Of a DNA stretch of 64,000 nucleotides, positions 1-13,142 are shown piece after piece (the stretch's first letter is position 1; every line of letters begins with the position of its first letter). The stretch lies in contig JAHDYR010000021.1 in assembly GCA_019828565.1 (NCBI GenBank), positions 1-64,000 on the forward strand, written 5' to 3'. The translations under genes were made by a program, and so were the position numbers. The notes beneath the pieces were generated by a model that was given only the letters and a program-made list of their open reading frames with translations, ran no database searches and was not told the DNA's origin. The stretch comes from Carpediemonas membranifera BICM (taxonomy: Eukaryota; Protista; Fornicata).

Positions 1-3000
1 CCAGCGCAACGAGTTGGAACGCTATCGCCGGGAGATTGGCTTAATCGCGAGCGCTAGCTAGGCACTAGCGATCTAGGGGATGTGCCGACTGTAGCTCCCC
101 AGGCGGGTGAGTGGCAGAAATCAAAAATGTCATTTTCATAAGTCAATCAGTTGATGCATTTGGGGGACTCCGCGCCTCTGCGTATAGTATACTAGGAGCC
201 CTGGCGATTAAGCCAGACATTAGTCCGGGGCATCCCAGCTCGTGATTTCAGGGGCGACCACTTTCGAAAAATGGGCACGACCCAGCGCAACGAGTTGGAA
301 CGCTATCGCCGGGAGATTGGCTTAATCGCGAGCGCTAGCTAGGCACTAGCGATCTAGGGGATGTGCCGACTGTAGCTCCCCAGGCGGGTGAGTGGCAGAA
401 ATCAAAAATGTCATTTTCATAAGTCAATCAGTTGATGCATTTGGGGGGACTCCGCGCCTCTGCGTATAGTATACTAGGAGCCCTGGCGATTAAGCCAGAC
501 ATTAGTCCGGGGCATCCCAGCTCGTGATTTCAGGGGCGACCACTTTCGAAAATGGGCACGACCCAGCGCAACGAGTTGGAACGCTATCGCCGGGAGATTG
601 GCTTAATCGCGAGCGCTAGCTAGGCACTAGCGATCTAGGGGATGTGCCGACTGTAGCTCCCCAGGCGGGTGAGTGGCAGAAATCAAAAATGTCATTTTTC
701 ATAAGTCAATCAGTTGATGCATTTGGGGGACTCCGCGCCTCTGCGTATAGTATACTAGGAGCCCTGGCGATTAAGCCAGACATTAGTCCGGGGCATCCCA
801 GCTCGTGATTTCAGGGGCGACCACTTTCGAAAAAAATGGGCACGACCCAGCGCAACGAGTTGGAACGCTATCGCCGGGAGATTGGCTTAATCGCGAGCGC
901 TAGCTAGGCACTAGCGATCTAGGGGATGTGCCGACTGTAGCTCCCCAGGCGGGTGAGTGGCAGAAATCAAAAAAATGTCATTTTTCATAAGTCAATCAGT
1001 TGATGCATTTTGGGGGACTCCGCGCCTCTGCGTATAGTATACTAGGAGCCCCTGGCGATTAAGCCAGACATTAGTCCGGGGCATCCCAGCTCGTGATTTC
1101 AGGGGCGACCACTTTCGAAAAATGGGCACGACCCAGCGCAACGAGTTGGAACGCTATCGCCGGGAGATTGGCTTAATCGCGAGCGCTAGCTAGGCACTAG
1201 CGATCTAGGGGATGTGCCGACTGTAGCTCCCCAGGCGGGTGAGTGGCAGAAATCAAAATGTCATTTTTCATAAGTCAATCAGTTGATGCATTTGGGGGAC
1301 TCCGCGCCTCTGCGTATAGTATACTAGGAGCCCTGGCGATTAAGCCAGACATTAGTCCGGGGCATCCCAGCTCGTGATTTCAGGGGCGACCACTTTCGAA
1401 AAAAATGGGCACGACCCAGCGCAACGAGTTGGAACGCTATCGCCGGGAGATTGGCTTAATCGCGAGCGCTAGCTAGGCACTAGCGATCTAGGGGATGTGC
1501 CGACTGTAGCTCCCCAGGCGGGTGAGTGGCAGAAATCAAAAATGTCATTTTCATAAGTCAATCAGTTGATGCATTTGGGGGGACTCCGCGCCTCTGCGTA
1601 TAGTATACTAGGAGCCCTGGCGATTAAGCCAGACATTAGTCCGGGGCATCCCAGCTCGTGATTTCAGGGGCGACCACTTTCGAAAAAAATGGGCACGACC
1701 CAGCGCAACGAGTTGGAACGCTATCGCCGGGAGATTGGCTTAATCGCGAGCGCTAGCTAGGCACTAGCGATCTAGGGGATGTGCCGACTGTAGCTCCCCA
1801 GGCGGGTGAGTGGCAGAAATCAAAAAAATGTCATTTTTCATAAGTCAATCAGTTGATGCATTTGGGGGACTCCGCGCCTCTGCGTATAGTATACTAGGAG
1901 CCCTGGCGATTAAGCCAGACATTAGTCCGGGGCATCCCAGCTCGTGATTTCAGGGGCGACCACTTTCGAAAAAAATGGGCACGACCCAGCGCAACGAGTT
2001 GGAACGCTATCGCCGGGAGATTGGCTTAATCGCGAGCGCTAGCTAGGCACTAGCGATCTAGGGGATGTGCCGACTGTAGCTCCCCAGGCGGGTGAGTGGC
2101 AGAAATCAAAAAAATGTCATTTTTCATAAGTCAATCAGTTGATGCATTTGGGGGACTCCGCGCCTCTGCGTATAGTATACTAGGAGCCCTGGCGATTAAG
2201 CCAGACATTAGTCCGGGGCATCCCAGCTCGTGATTTCAGGGGCGACCACTTTCGAAAAAAATGGGCACGACCCAGCGCAACGAGTTGGAACGCTATCGCC
2301 GGGAGATTGGCTTAATCGCGAGCGCTAGCTAGGCACTAGCGATCTAGGGGATGTGCCGACTGTAGCTCCCCAGGCGGGTGAGTGGCAGAAATCAAAAAAA
2401 TGTCATTTTTCATAAGTCAATCAGTTGATGCATTTGGGGGACTCCGCGCCTCTGCGTATAGTATACTAGGAGCCCTGGCGATTAAGCCAGACATTAGTCC
2501 GGGGCATCCCAGCTCGTGATTTCAGGGGCGACCACTTTCGAAAAAAATGGGCACGACCCAGCGCAACGAGTTGGAACGCTATCGCCGGGAGATTGGCTTA
2601 ATCGCGAGCGCTAGCTAGGCACTAGCGATCTAGGGGATGTGCCGACTGTAGCTCCCCAGGCGGGTGAGTGGCAGAAATCAAAAATGTCATTTTTCATAAG
2701 TCAATCAGTTGATGCATTTTGGGGGACTCCGCGCCTCTGCGTATAGTATACTAGGAGCCCTGGCGATTAAGCCAGACATTAGTCCGGGGCATCCCAGCTC
2801 GTGATTTCAGGGGCGACCACTTTCGAAAAAAATGGGCACGACCCAGCGCAACGAGTTGGAACGCTATCGCCGGGAGATTGGCTTAATCGCGAGCGCTAGC
2901 TAGGCACTAGCGATCTAGGGGATGTGCCGACTGTAGCTCCCCAGGCGGGTGAGTGGCAGAAATCAAAAATGTCATTTTCATAAGTCAATCAGTTGATGCA

Positions 3001-6000
3001 TTTGGGGGGACTCCGCGCCTCTGCGTATAGTATACTAGGAGCCCTGGCGATTAAGCCAGACATTAGTCCGGGGCATCCCAGCTCGTGATTTCAGGGGCGA
3101 CCACTTTCGAAAAAAATGGGCACGACCCAGCGCAACGAGTTGGAACGCTATCGCCGGGAGATTGGCTTAATCGCGAGCGCTAGCTAGGCACTAGCGATCT
3201 AGGGGATGTGCCGACTGTAGCTCCCCAGGCGGGTGAGTGGCAGAAATCAAAAATGTCATTTTCATAAGTCAATCAGTTGATGCATTTGGGGGGACTCCGC
3301 GCCTCTGCGTATAGTATACTAGGAGCCCTGGCGATTAAGCCAGACATTAGTCCGGGGCATCCCAGCTCGTGATTTCAGGGGCGACCACTTTCGAAAAAAA
3401 TGGGCACGACCCAGCGCAACGAGTTGGAACGCTATCGCCGGGAGATTGGCTTAATCGCGAGCGCTAGCTGAGGCACTAGCGATCTAGGGGATGTGCCGAC
3501 TGTAGCTCCCCAGGCGGGTGAGTGGCAGAAATCAAAAATGTCATTTTCATAAGTCAATCAGTTGATGCATTTGGGGGACTCCGCGCCTCTGCGTATAGTA
3601 TACTAGGAGCCCTGGCGATTAAGCCAGACATTAGTCCGGGGCATCCCAGCTCGTGATTTCAGGGGCGACCACTTTCGAAAAAAATGGGCACGACCCAGCG
3701 CAACGAGTTGGAACGCTATCGCCGGGAGATTGGCTTAATCGCGAGCGCTAGCTAGGCACTAGCGATCTAGGGGATGTGCCGACTGTAGCTCCCCAGGCGG
3801 GTGAGTGGCAGAAATCAAAAAAATGTCATTTTTCATAAGTCAATCAGTTGATGCATTTGGGGGACTCCGCGCCTCTGCGTATAGTATACTAGGAGCCCTG
3901 GCGATTAAGCCAGACATTAGTCCGGGGCATCCCAGCTCGTGATTTCAGGGGCGACCACTTTCGAAAAAAATGGGCACGACCCAGCGCAACGAGTTGGAAC
4001 GCTATCGCCGGGAGATTGGCTTAATCGCGAGCGCTAGCTAGGCACTAGCGATCTAGGGGATGTGCCGACTGTAGCTCCCCAGGCGGGTGAGTGGCAGAAA
4101 TCAAAAAAATGTCATTTTTCATAAGTCAATCAGTTGATGCATTTGGGGGACTCCGCGCCTCTGCGTATAGTATACTAGGAGCCCTGGCGATTAAGCCAGA
4201 CATTAGTCCGGGGCATCCCAGCTCGTGATTTCAGGGGCGACCACTTTCGAAAAATGGGCACGACCCAGCGCAACGAGTTGGAACGCTATCGCCGGGAGAT
4301 TGGCTTAATCGCGAGCGCTAGCTAGGCACTAGCGATCTAGGGGATGTGCCGACTGTAGCTCCCCAGGCGGGTGAGTGGCAGAAATCAAAAAAATGTCATT
4401 TTCATAAGTCAATCAGTTGATGCATTTGGGGGGACTCCGCGCCTCTGCGTATAGTATACTAGGAGCCCTGGCGATTAAGCCAGACATTAGTCCGGGGCAT
4501 CCCAGCTCGTGATTTCAGGGGCGACCACTTTCGAAAAATGGGCACGACCCAGCGCAACGAGTTGGAACGCTATCGCCGGGAGATTGGCTTAATCGCGAGC
4601 GCTAGCTAGGCACTAGCGATCTAGGGGATGTGCCGACTGTAGCTCCCCAGGCGGGTGAGTGGCAGAAATCAAAAAAATGTCATTTTCATAAGTCAATCAG
4701 TTGATGCATTTGGGGGACTCCGCGCCTCTGCGTATAGTATACTAGGAGCCCTGGCGATTAAGCCAGACATTAGTCCGGGGCATCCCAGCTCGTGATTTCA
4801 GGGGCGACCACTTTCGAAAAATGGGCACGACCCAGCGCAACGAGTTGGAACGCTATCGCCGGGAGATTGGCTTAATCGCGAGCGCTAGCTAGGCACTAGC
4901 GATCTAGGGGATGTGCCGACTGTAGCTCCCCAGGCGGGTGAGTGGCAGAAATCAAAAAAATGTCATTTTTCATAAGTCAATCAGTTGATGCATTTGGGGG
5001 GACTCCGCGCCTCTGCGTATAGTATACTAGGAGCCCTGGCGATTAAGCCAGACATTAGTCCGGGGCATCCCAGCTCGTGATTTCAGGGGCGACCACTTTC
5101 GAAAAAAATGGGCACGACCCAGCGCAACGAGTTGGAACGCTATCGCCGGGAGATTGGCTTAATCGCGAGCGCTAGCTAGGCACTAGCGATCTAGGGGATG
5201 TGCCGACTGTAGCTCCCCAGGCGGGTGAGTGGCAGAAATCAAAAAAATGTCATTTTCATAAGTCAATCAGTTGATGCATTTGGGGGACTCCGCGCCTCTG
5301 CGTATAGTATACTAGGAGCCCCTGGCGATTAAGCCAGACATTAGTCCGGGGCATCCCAGCTCGTGATTTCAGGGGCGACCACTTTCGAAAAAAATGGGCA
5401 CGACCCAGCGCAACGAGTTGGAACGCTATCGCCGGGAGATTGGCTTAATCGCGAGCGCTAGCTAGGCACTAGCGATCTAGGGGATGTGCCGACTGTAGCT
5501 CCCCAGGCGGGTGAGTGGCAGAAATCAAAAAAATGTCATTTTTCATAAGTCAATCAGTTGATGCATTTGGGGGGGACTCCGCGCCTCTGCGTATAGTATA
5601 CTAGGAGCCCCTGGCGATTAAGCCAGACATTAGTCCGGGGCATCCCAGCTCGTGATTTCAGGGGCGACCACTTTCGAAAAATGGGCACGACCCAGCGCAA
5701 CGAGTTGGAACGCTATCGCCGGGAGATTGGCTTAATCGCGAGCGCTAGCTAGGCACTAGCGATCTAGGGGATGTGCCGACTGTAGCTCCCCAGGCGGGTG
5801 AGTGGCAGAAATCAAAAAAATGTCATTTTCATAAGTCAATCAGTTGATGCATTTGGGGGACTCCGCGCCTCTGCGTATAGTATACTAGGAGCCCTGGCGA
5901 TTAAGCCAGACATTAGTCCGGGGCATCCCAGCTCGTGATTTCAGGGGCGACCACTTTCGAAAAAAATGGGCACGACCCAGCGCAACGAGTTGGAACGCTA

Positions 6001-6749
6001 TCGCCGGGAGATTGGCTTAATCGCGAGCGCTAGCTAGGCACTAGCGATCTAGGGGATGTGCCGACTGTAGCTCCCCAGGCGGGTGAGTGGCAGAAATCAA
6101 AAAAATGTCATTTTTCATAAGTCAATCAGTTGATGCATTTGGGGGACTCCGCGCCTCTGCGTATAGTATACTAGGAGCCCTGGCGATTAAGCCAGACATT
6201 AGTCCGGGGCATCCCAGCTCGTGATTTCAGGGGCGACCACTTTCGAAAAATGGGCACGACCCAGCGCAACGAGTTGGAACGCTATCGCCGGGAGATTGGC
6301 TTAATCGCGAGCGCTAGCTAGGCACTAGCGATCTAGGGGATGTGCCGACTGTAGCTCCCCAGGCGGGTGAGTGGCAGAAATCAAAAATGTCATTTTCATA
6401 AGTCAATCAGTTGATGCATTTGGGGGGACTCCGCGCCTCTGCGTATAGTATACTAGGATCCCTGGCGATTAAGCCAGACATTAGTCCGGGGCATCCCAGC
6501 TCGTGATTTCAGGGGCGACCACTTTCGAAAAATGGGCACGACCCAGCGCAACGAGTTGGAACGCTATCGCCGGGAGATTGGCTTAATCGCGAGCGCTAGC
6601 TAGGCACTAGCGATCTAGGGGATGTGCCGACTGTAGCTCCCCAGGCGGGTGAGTGGCAGAAATCAAAAATGTCATTTTCATAAGACAATCAGTTGATGCA
6701 TTTGGGGGGACTCCGCGCCTCTGCGTATAGTATACTAGGAGCCCTGGCG
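1..6749. repeat. Tandem array of ~281-286 bp unit, ~23.7 copies visible (probably continues past the left edge)
   Basis: Unit CCAGCGCAACGAGTTGG... recurs at 1, 282, 563, 847 ... 6543. Copies differ almost only in homopolymer length. The array stops abruptly at ...GAGCCCTGGCG 6749. Confidence 0.98.
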
Positions 6750-6953
6750 GTGATGGATGAGGTGGCTGAGTTGGTCGAGGATGCAGGCACCCTGAGACCC
6801 CAGTCATGCCAGGAGTTCACACCAGCCGACGTCGACCCGCGGACCCATGAAGCGTAACAAGTTTAAGAGAGGTGGTAATGGACAGGGCGCTGTTTGGACT
6901 CTCAACAACGTGGCATCAAGCACTTTAGGCGCTAATCAGTTGATTGTCAAACA

Positions 6954-9866
6954 ATGAAGGAAGGTTTCAGCGGCCCAGTGGCTATCCGAGTCCTCGAGGA
7001 TATTACAGACGACTTTGTATCCGAGAACAAGCTTGTTGTCAAGGAGCATGGTGGCAAAACCTATCATATTCCTCTTCAGATGAAGATGAACTCTCTCGTC
7101 TTCCTCAGCGACGAAAAGACTGTTGTCCTTGCTAGTGATGCCGAGCTTCACGTTTATGAGCTCGGTGGAAGCACTGAGACTGCCGAATACCTCGGTTCTT
7201 TCCCCCACGAGCACAAGGACAATGCTGTGATCGCTCATGGCGTTTACAACGGCGAGTCCTTCGTCGTCATCGGCAGTGGCCGCACCATCGATGTCTACAA
7301 GATCGGTACCAAGCTTCCCGATGCTCCCTACAAGACCTTCCAGCTCCCCGAGGGCCACGAGCTTTCTTCCCTCGCCTGGAACGAGAAGGCCGGCTTCATC
7401 ATTGGCGCAGGCCTCACCAACGGCAAGATCTTCGTGCTCGACCTGCGCGCCGCAGACAGTACCGCCAAGGTCTCCTTTTCCGCGGCCAGTGCCCCGATTA
7501 CTGCCATGCGCTGGAACCCCGCCGTCGCCACAATAATCGCCGCAACGACCGGCGACAACACCATCCGCTTCCATGATCTCCGTACGAAGACTGCGGACAA
7601 GACGATCGCTCAGCAGCAGACCCCCGAGCCGATCACGTCGCTCGACTGGAGCAGGGTCGACCCTCGCTTCCTCGCCGTGCTCGCGGGTACGGAGATCCAC
7701 CTCATGTTCAACAGCGACCTGACTGAGGTCAGAGCGGCCACAGCGATCGCCACGTGCGACTTGGTGACGATACTCGAAGGCCACCACTTTGTGGCCTTCT
7801 CCTCCTCGACCGGCCTCCTCGCCACATCCTCAAAGGACGAAATGGACATCCCGATCAGGTCAATCTACGACCCCGCCTCCAAGCCGATCATGCCCAACTA
7901 TACCCGCTCCGCCGCTGGCATCGTCGAGGGCGCCTCTCTGCCCGCAATCGCACCCGAGTCCGTCCCCGCCACCCCCGCCTGGCACCAGCCCCGGAAGGCA
8001 GGCATCGTCTTCGGCCCGTCTGGTGAGGTTGCCGCCGTCTTTGGCCGCACCCTCCGGATCGGGACCATGGAGGCGATCGAGGGCGTCCCGGCGATGGCCG
8101 CCGGTCTAATCGACTGCATCGAGCTCCCCGATGGGCAGCGCGCCGAGGTTGTCCGCCAGCGCGCGTCTGATGCGGAGGATGCGCTCTCCCGCCGCTTTTA
8201 CTCCGTCCTCACGGCCCTCGGGTCCGACAACGCCCGGGCCGAGATGATCAGCCTGCTCGGAGTCAACCCTGCTCCTATCCCTGCCGCAGGAACACCTGAA
8301 GCACCCGCTGTCGTCGTTCCCGAGCCGGAGGCTGAGCCCGTCGATGAGATGGACTTCTTTAACAGCGGCGACGCTGAGCTCACCAACGAGGAGGAGGCCA
8401 GCACGCCCGAATCCGCCATCACTCCAGTGGAGGTGGAGCCGGTGAAGGCCCCCTCCGAGCACAACATCGAGTGGGAGACGATCAGTGCGCTGCTCCACGC
8501 AGGCCGGATCCCCGAAGCCATCGACCTCTGCATCGCCGAGAATCGCCTGGCTGACGCGTTCTTCGTCGCCCGGTACGGCGGCAACGACCTCCTCGCCAAG
8601 GTCGAGGCCGCCTTCCTCGGGGCTCGGGGCCACCCCTGCCTGACCATGCTCCGCGCCGTCTCCGAGAACGACCTCCGCACCTATGTCTCCGAGAGCGCTC
8701 CTGCGTGCTGGACCGAGACCCTCGCCGCCATCCTCACGTACACCAAGGGTGTGGAGGAGGTACGCGGCCTTGCCGCCGCTCTCTTTGACAGAGTCCGTGA
8801 CGACTCGACCCTGGCCGAGGAAGACCGCATGCTCGCCATGCTCACCACCGCCATGTGCTCGGGCAGCGCTGACCTCGTCGCCGTGGCCCTCAAGCCGACC
8901 ATCCCTGGCTTCGACCCGAGCCTGATGTACGGTCTCGTCGAGCAGATCATCTTCTTCGCTAAGGCCCGCAGCGTCACTCTCACTGGCTCTGGCATCGCCG
9001 CTCGTACGCTTGAGAGGTTCGCTCGCGTACTCAAGGCAACGAACGCCGGTGAGGCTGCCGAGAAGGTCCTCGCCATCGCGGGAATCAGCAGCGCCGCCGC
9101 CACCGAGCCTCCTGCTAAGCCCGTCCAGCAGCCCCCGAAGCAGCCGGCCCGCACCGTGCCCGCGGCATCGACCTCGACCTTCCAGCCCGCGCCCGTGGCA
9201 TCTTTCCAGCCTGCTCCGGCCCCTGTTGGCAACCACTTCCAGCCAACCCCAGTCCCGTCGTACCAGCCGACCCCCACTACATTTACCCCGCCCGGAAACT
9301 TCACGCCGTCACCCAACGAGAACACGGGCCCCGCCGCCCCGCCGCCGCCTGCTCCCGTGCCAACGAAGCCCCGCGTCTCCCGTATCCAGGGCTTCGTACC
9401 CACGCCCGGCACGACCCCCGCTGCCCCAGTCGAAGAGTCGTTTGTGCCGGCGCCCGTCGCTGCCGCCGAGCCCGCGCCCATGGCTATGCCGATGCCTGTT
9501 GCCCCTGCCGCTCCCGTGCCCCAGCGCGAGCCGACACCAGCACCTACCCCCGCTCCAGTGACTCAGCCTGCGCCTGCTAAGGCACCCGTCGACCCTGCCC
9601 GCCAGGCGCTGCTCGGGCGGGTTGAGGCGGCCATGGCACAGTTCAAGAGCCACCCCGCCAGCACGAACGGCAATAACGTGGTCTGCCCTCTGACTGAGAC
9701 GCCCATCGCTGGTCTGACGGACGCAGACCTGGAGCGCGTTGAGCAGCTCATCCAGGCTGTCATGGGCGGTGACATCGAGAATGCAAAGAGCATCGCCTCG
9801 TCGCCGACGTTCAAGCTGCCCAAGAAGATCACTGTCGTTGCCTGGCTGCGGAATGCGAATCAGTAA
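6954..9866 (+). CDS. SEC31: COPII outer coat protein Sec31-like
   Basis: N-terminal WD40 repeats (LAWN, MRWNP, LDWS), WHQPRKAGIVFGPSG insertion-blade motif, helical solenoid (RLADAFFVARYGG), Pro-rich linker and short C-terminal helical domain. Confidence 0.8.
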   Translation: MKEGFSGPVAIRVLEDITDDFVSENKLVVKEHGGKTYHIPLQMKMNSLVFLSDEKTVVLASDAELHVYELGGSTETAEYLGSFPHEHKDNAVIAHGVYNGESFVVIGSGRTIDVYKIGTKLPDAPYKTFQLPEGHELSSLAWNEKAGFIIGAGLTNGKIFVLDLRAADSTAKVSFSAASAPITAMRWNPAVATIIAATTGDNTIRFHDLRTKTADKTIAQQQTPEPITSLDWSRVDPRFLAVLAGTEIHLMFNSDLTEVRAATAIATCDLVTILEGHHFVAFSSSTGLLATSSKDEMDIPIRSIYDPASKPIMPNYTRSAAGIVEGASLPAIAPESVPATPAWHQPRKAGIVFGPSGEVAAVFGRTLRIGTMEAIEGVPAMAAGLIDCIELPDGQRAEVVRQRASDAEDALSRRFYSVLTALGSDNARAEMISLLGVNPAPIPAAGTPEAPAVVVPEPEAEPVDEMDFFNSGDAELTNEEEASTPESAITPVEVEPVKAPSEHNIEWETISALLHAGRIPEAIDLCIAENRLADAFFVARYGGNDLLAKVEAAFLGARGHPCLTMLRAVSENDLRTYVSESAPACWTETLAAILTYTKGVEEVRGLAAALFDRVRDDSTLAEEDRMLAMLTTAMCSGSADLVAVALKPTIPGFDPSLMYGLVEQIIFFAKARSVTLTGSGIAARTLERFARVLKATNAGEAAEKVLAIAGISSAAATEPPAKPVQQPPKQPARTVPAASTSTFQPAPVASFQPAPAPVGNHFQPTPVPSYQPTPTTFTPPGNFTPSPNENTGPAAPPPPAPVPTKPRVSRIQGFVPTPGTTPAAPVEESFVPAPVAAAEPAPMAMPMPVAPAAPVPQREPTPAPTPAPVTQPAPAKAPVDPARQALLGRVEAAMAQFKSHPASTNGNNVVCPLTETPIAGLTDADLERVEQLIQAVMGGDIENAKSIASSPTFKLPKKITVVAWLRNANQ

Positions 9867-10082
9867 ATGAATGATAAATGAATGACCACAGTCTTGTATA
9901 CCATGGCGCTGAGCAGGCTGGGCTCCGTCGCAGCTTTGAGTTCAAAGACCCCCTCAGCAGGTTGGGAGACAGATGCGGCTGGCTCTATACTGTGGTCATG
10001 ACATGGCGTGGTGTTTCGTCCGTAGCTGGGGTCGGCGGTCGGTGAGTCCCAGGTCAGAATTTGGCGTCCAGCGAATTAAGCG

Positions 10083-10250
10083 CTGGGAGCGATGTGCAGC
10101 GCTAGTTCTTCTCCATCGACCATAAGAGATTCGTTTATCTCCGTATTCAGCGCCTCGCTCACCGCAACGGCCTCCATCGCCAGGGACATTCCCTCGTTGC
10201 CCAGCACGCCTACTTTAGGCACTTCAAGCAGAACATGCCTGCGTCCAGCG
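10083..10250 (+). pseudogene. 5' remnant of the RCC1-like family gene
   Basis: DNA-level similarity to 11337-11500 (TIRDSFISVFSASLTATASIARDIP vs VIRDALISAFRVSITATATIPGDVP); frameshifted and truncated. Confidence 0.7.
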
Positions 10251-10652
10251 CACAGAGTTGACGTTGGCAAGAATCGGGCCGACCTGAAACGACAGGCAAA
10301 CGACCCCCAAGCATGCAGGCGGGCCATCAGAACATGAGCATATACGCAGTGAACCATAATTATGGCGTCATTGCGGCAGACTCGGCCGACAAATGTGGCG
10401 TGCAGTTTATGTCAAGATCCAAACGACAATATGTCGTTTTCAGTCTCTCTCGGTCCTACAGTCTCATGAGTCATCCACAGAATACAGAATTGGTGTATTA
10501 TGGCCAAACTCCTGTCAAACAGCATTTTCCGGTCCACAACTACTGGAACGCGCGTTGCACTCTTCTTCCTCGCCCTCATTCCGCTTATCGGCATGGCTCT
10601 CAGCTACTCCGATAGAAGTGCACTTCCTCTTGCCAATCACCAGCCTGAGGTT

Positions 10653-11146
10653 ATGCCCGATCACGTTCCGGAGGACCTCGAGCTCCTACCTTGAGCCCAT
10701 CGTGACCATCGTCGACGCCCTCGATGACTTGCTTGAACCGCTCGACGTCGACGCGCTCACCGAGCTCCTCGAGCCGCTTGACTTCGATATTTTTTGAGCA
10801 GCTCGAGTCGATTGTCGACGACGCCATCGATGACTTGATCGATCAACTTGACGACCTGATGCTGCGCAAGTTGATCAAGCCAATTGGCTTCCATGCTTTC
10901 CTTGACCAGCTGAACTCGATCAATGACGCGTTTGCTGAGTTGAACGAGTCGATCGAACAGCTTGACTTCAGTACCTATTTTGAGCAGGCCGAGTCGATAT
11001 TTGATGCGATTTGTGACTTGGTCGAGCAGCTTAACCTTGACGTGCTCAGCGAGTTGCTCGAGCCGATTGACTTCGATACTTTTTTTGAGCAGGTCGAGTC
11101 AATCGTCGACGATGGCGGCTTTTTTGAAGCCACGGAAACCCATTAA
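10653..11146 (+). CDS. Acidic internally repetitive protein, frameshifted (unknown function)
   Basis: Repeated ELLEP(L/I)DFD(I/T)FFEQ(L/V)ESIVDD motif; frame break in the T-run at ~10790. Confidence 0.45.
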
Positions 11147-11345
11147 GCCCGTAAAGATCTGAAGACTGAGCATTGACTGCTGCCCGGCCTGGCCGAGTGA
11201 GCTGGCTCCACAATTTCCAACCTGTGGTTTGTGGCCCCTCCTGTTGATTTCTATACTGCTGGCGGACGAGCCATCGCGTCTGCTTCGTCGCGTCGGCGGT
11301 TGGTAAGTCAGAATTCGGCGGCCACAAAACCAAGCGTTGGGAGTG

Positions 11346-12931
11346 ATGTTCAGCGCTAATTCTTCGCCATCGGTCATTCGAGATGCGCTTATTTCCGCAT
11401 TCCGTGTGTCAATTACCGCAACGGCCACCATCCCCGGGGACGTCCCCACATTGCTCAAAGACGCCTTCTCCAGGCACTTCAATGAGCAGATGCCCGCGAT
11501 TCACGACACAGAGACCACAACTACACTGGCCAACGCCGCATCGCTCGATTCCCTCCTCTCCGCGCTCTCAGAGATCCCACCTCTCGAGCCATCCGCGCAA
11601 GCCCTCCTCGACAGCGCCCGTTCGATCCTCACATGCGGCCCCCCGCTGTCTGTGAATGTCGAGCTCGCGGCGGGGCAGGACCTCCCGGTCGCCATGCACA
11701 CGCTGAACCAGATCGCGGTGTGGGCGTGTCTGCTGGGTGGCGGGGCCAACCCAGACCTCGCGGACAGAGTGCTGGAGGAGGCTCGAAATGAACTGCCAGG
11801 CGTACCAAAGCTGCGTGACAAGATCCGCAACGCTCTCACCCCTGAGGCCAAGTGTCCTCTGGTTCCTCTGCCGCAAGTTTTTTCTTCACGCTGAACGTCG
11901 CTGACAAGGACGGCGATTGCTATCAGTACACGAGAGTCAGAAGCTGCTACCACCACCGCATGTACATGGGTCGACTCTTCATGCTCGACACTGAGGTCTT
12001 CAGCAAATACGACATCCATATTGCAAGAACACCCAAGGGCCTGTGGGGCTGGGGCACAAGCGTAGATGGTCAGCTGGGGTTCGAGTCATTTCAAATCGTT
12101 GACCCGACCCGCCTCACCTTCCCCGCCTGCCCCACGGTCGCCGAGCTCGAGGCCAGCTTGCCCCCCTGGGAGAAGCACATGATGGTGATTGATGTGTCGA
12201 TAGCTAGATATAACACGTTCATACTCACGCCAGCTGGGACAGTCATGGCCGGTGCGGATTCAAAATGGTATGTCGGCCCAGACAAGCCGGACTACGAATA
12301 CTTCAGGCCAGTCGCTGTGCCCGTTGGCTTTATCCCAGATCACATCACGCATGCCCAGTACGGTACTGTCATCCTAACCAAGGGCGATCGGCAGGCCATC
12401 AGCGGGGACAACTACGATGGCGAGCTGGGACGCGGGTACAGTAATGGTATGACCGGATTCGTCTACCTGCCCTTCAGGGTCGACCGGATCATTCAAGCTT
12501 ATTCCTACAACGTCTTCCTTAGTGGCCGTCAACTTCTTTTTGCCGGAGAAGTTCCCCGTCATATCGCCCAGTCGCGCCTGCTGCCAGGATACAGTGAGGG
12601 TGACCAATGCCTTACAGCCACCCCTCTCCGGTTCCCAGAGAAGGTGAGGTGGTTCTTTTGTGACATTGCCACTCTCGTCTGGATTAATGAGAGTCACACT
12701 CAGTTATACGACAATGAAGGCCAGTACTACGTGCCTTTTGAGGCGAAGTCGCTTGGCAGATTCAGGTTGAATAGTGACAAATGTGCACTCTCATTCCGTG
12801 ACTCTGCCGGTCAGTGGTTCAGGGCCAGAGTGTCAGATGGCGAGGTTCAGATGGTCGAGTGCGAAGCTCCTCGGATTACCGTTGAGCTTGCCCCAGTCAA
12901 CGTCGACCCGTGGACCCAGGGTTCCGATTAA
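11346..12931 (+). CDS. RCC1-like repeat family protein (helical N-terminus + RCC1-type propeller), frameshifted at ~11850-11885
   Basis: Two ORFs join via the family motif WFLCRKF. RCC1-like GLWGWGTSVDGQLG and SGDNYDGELGRG motifs. Paralog of 36822-38384. Confidence 0.7.
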
Positions 12932-13142
12932 TAAATTCCACAAGGATCTTGACCGGCTTGGGGCACGGTGAAATGAAATCAATGTGGTAGTTTGGTCCCA
13001 GATTGAATGAGAGGGTGGCAAGACAAGAGAGTGCGCGGCACCCAGAACTGCATGTGAGAGATCGGTTTGCACGTGCTGCTATGAGCTGGAGCAGTCTCTG
13101 CAGAGTTTTTTGCCACAAACCACATGCCCGATACAACCATAT

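Noticed and set aside
1-6749. CRISPR array, or 5S/SRP/snRNA gene array
   Set aside because: There are no variable spacers, and I recognised no 5S, SRP helix-8 or snRNA motif. CTGTAGCTCCC is only weakly Alu-like.
6607-6807. 66-aa ORF across the satellite junction
   Set aside because: Chance ORF running into repeat sequence.
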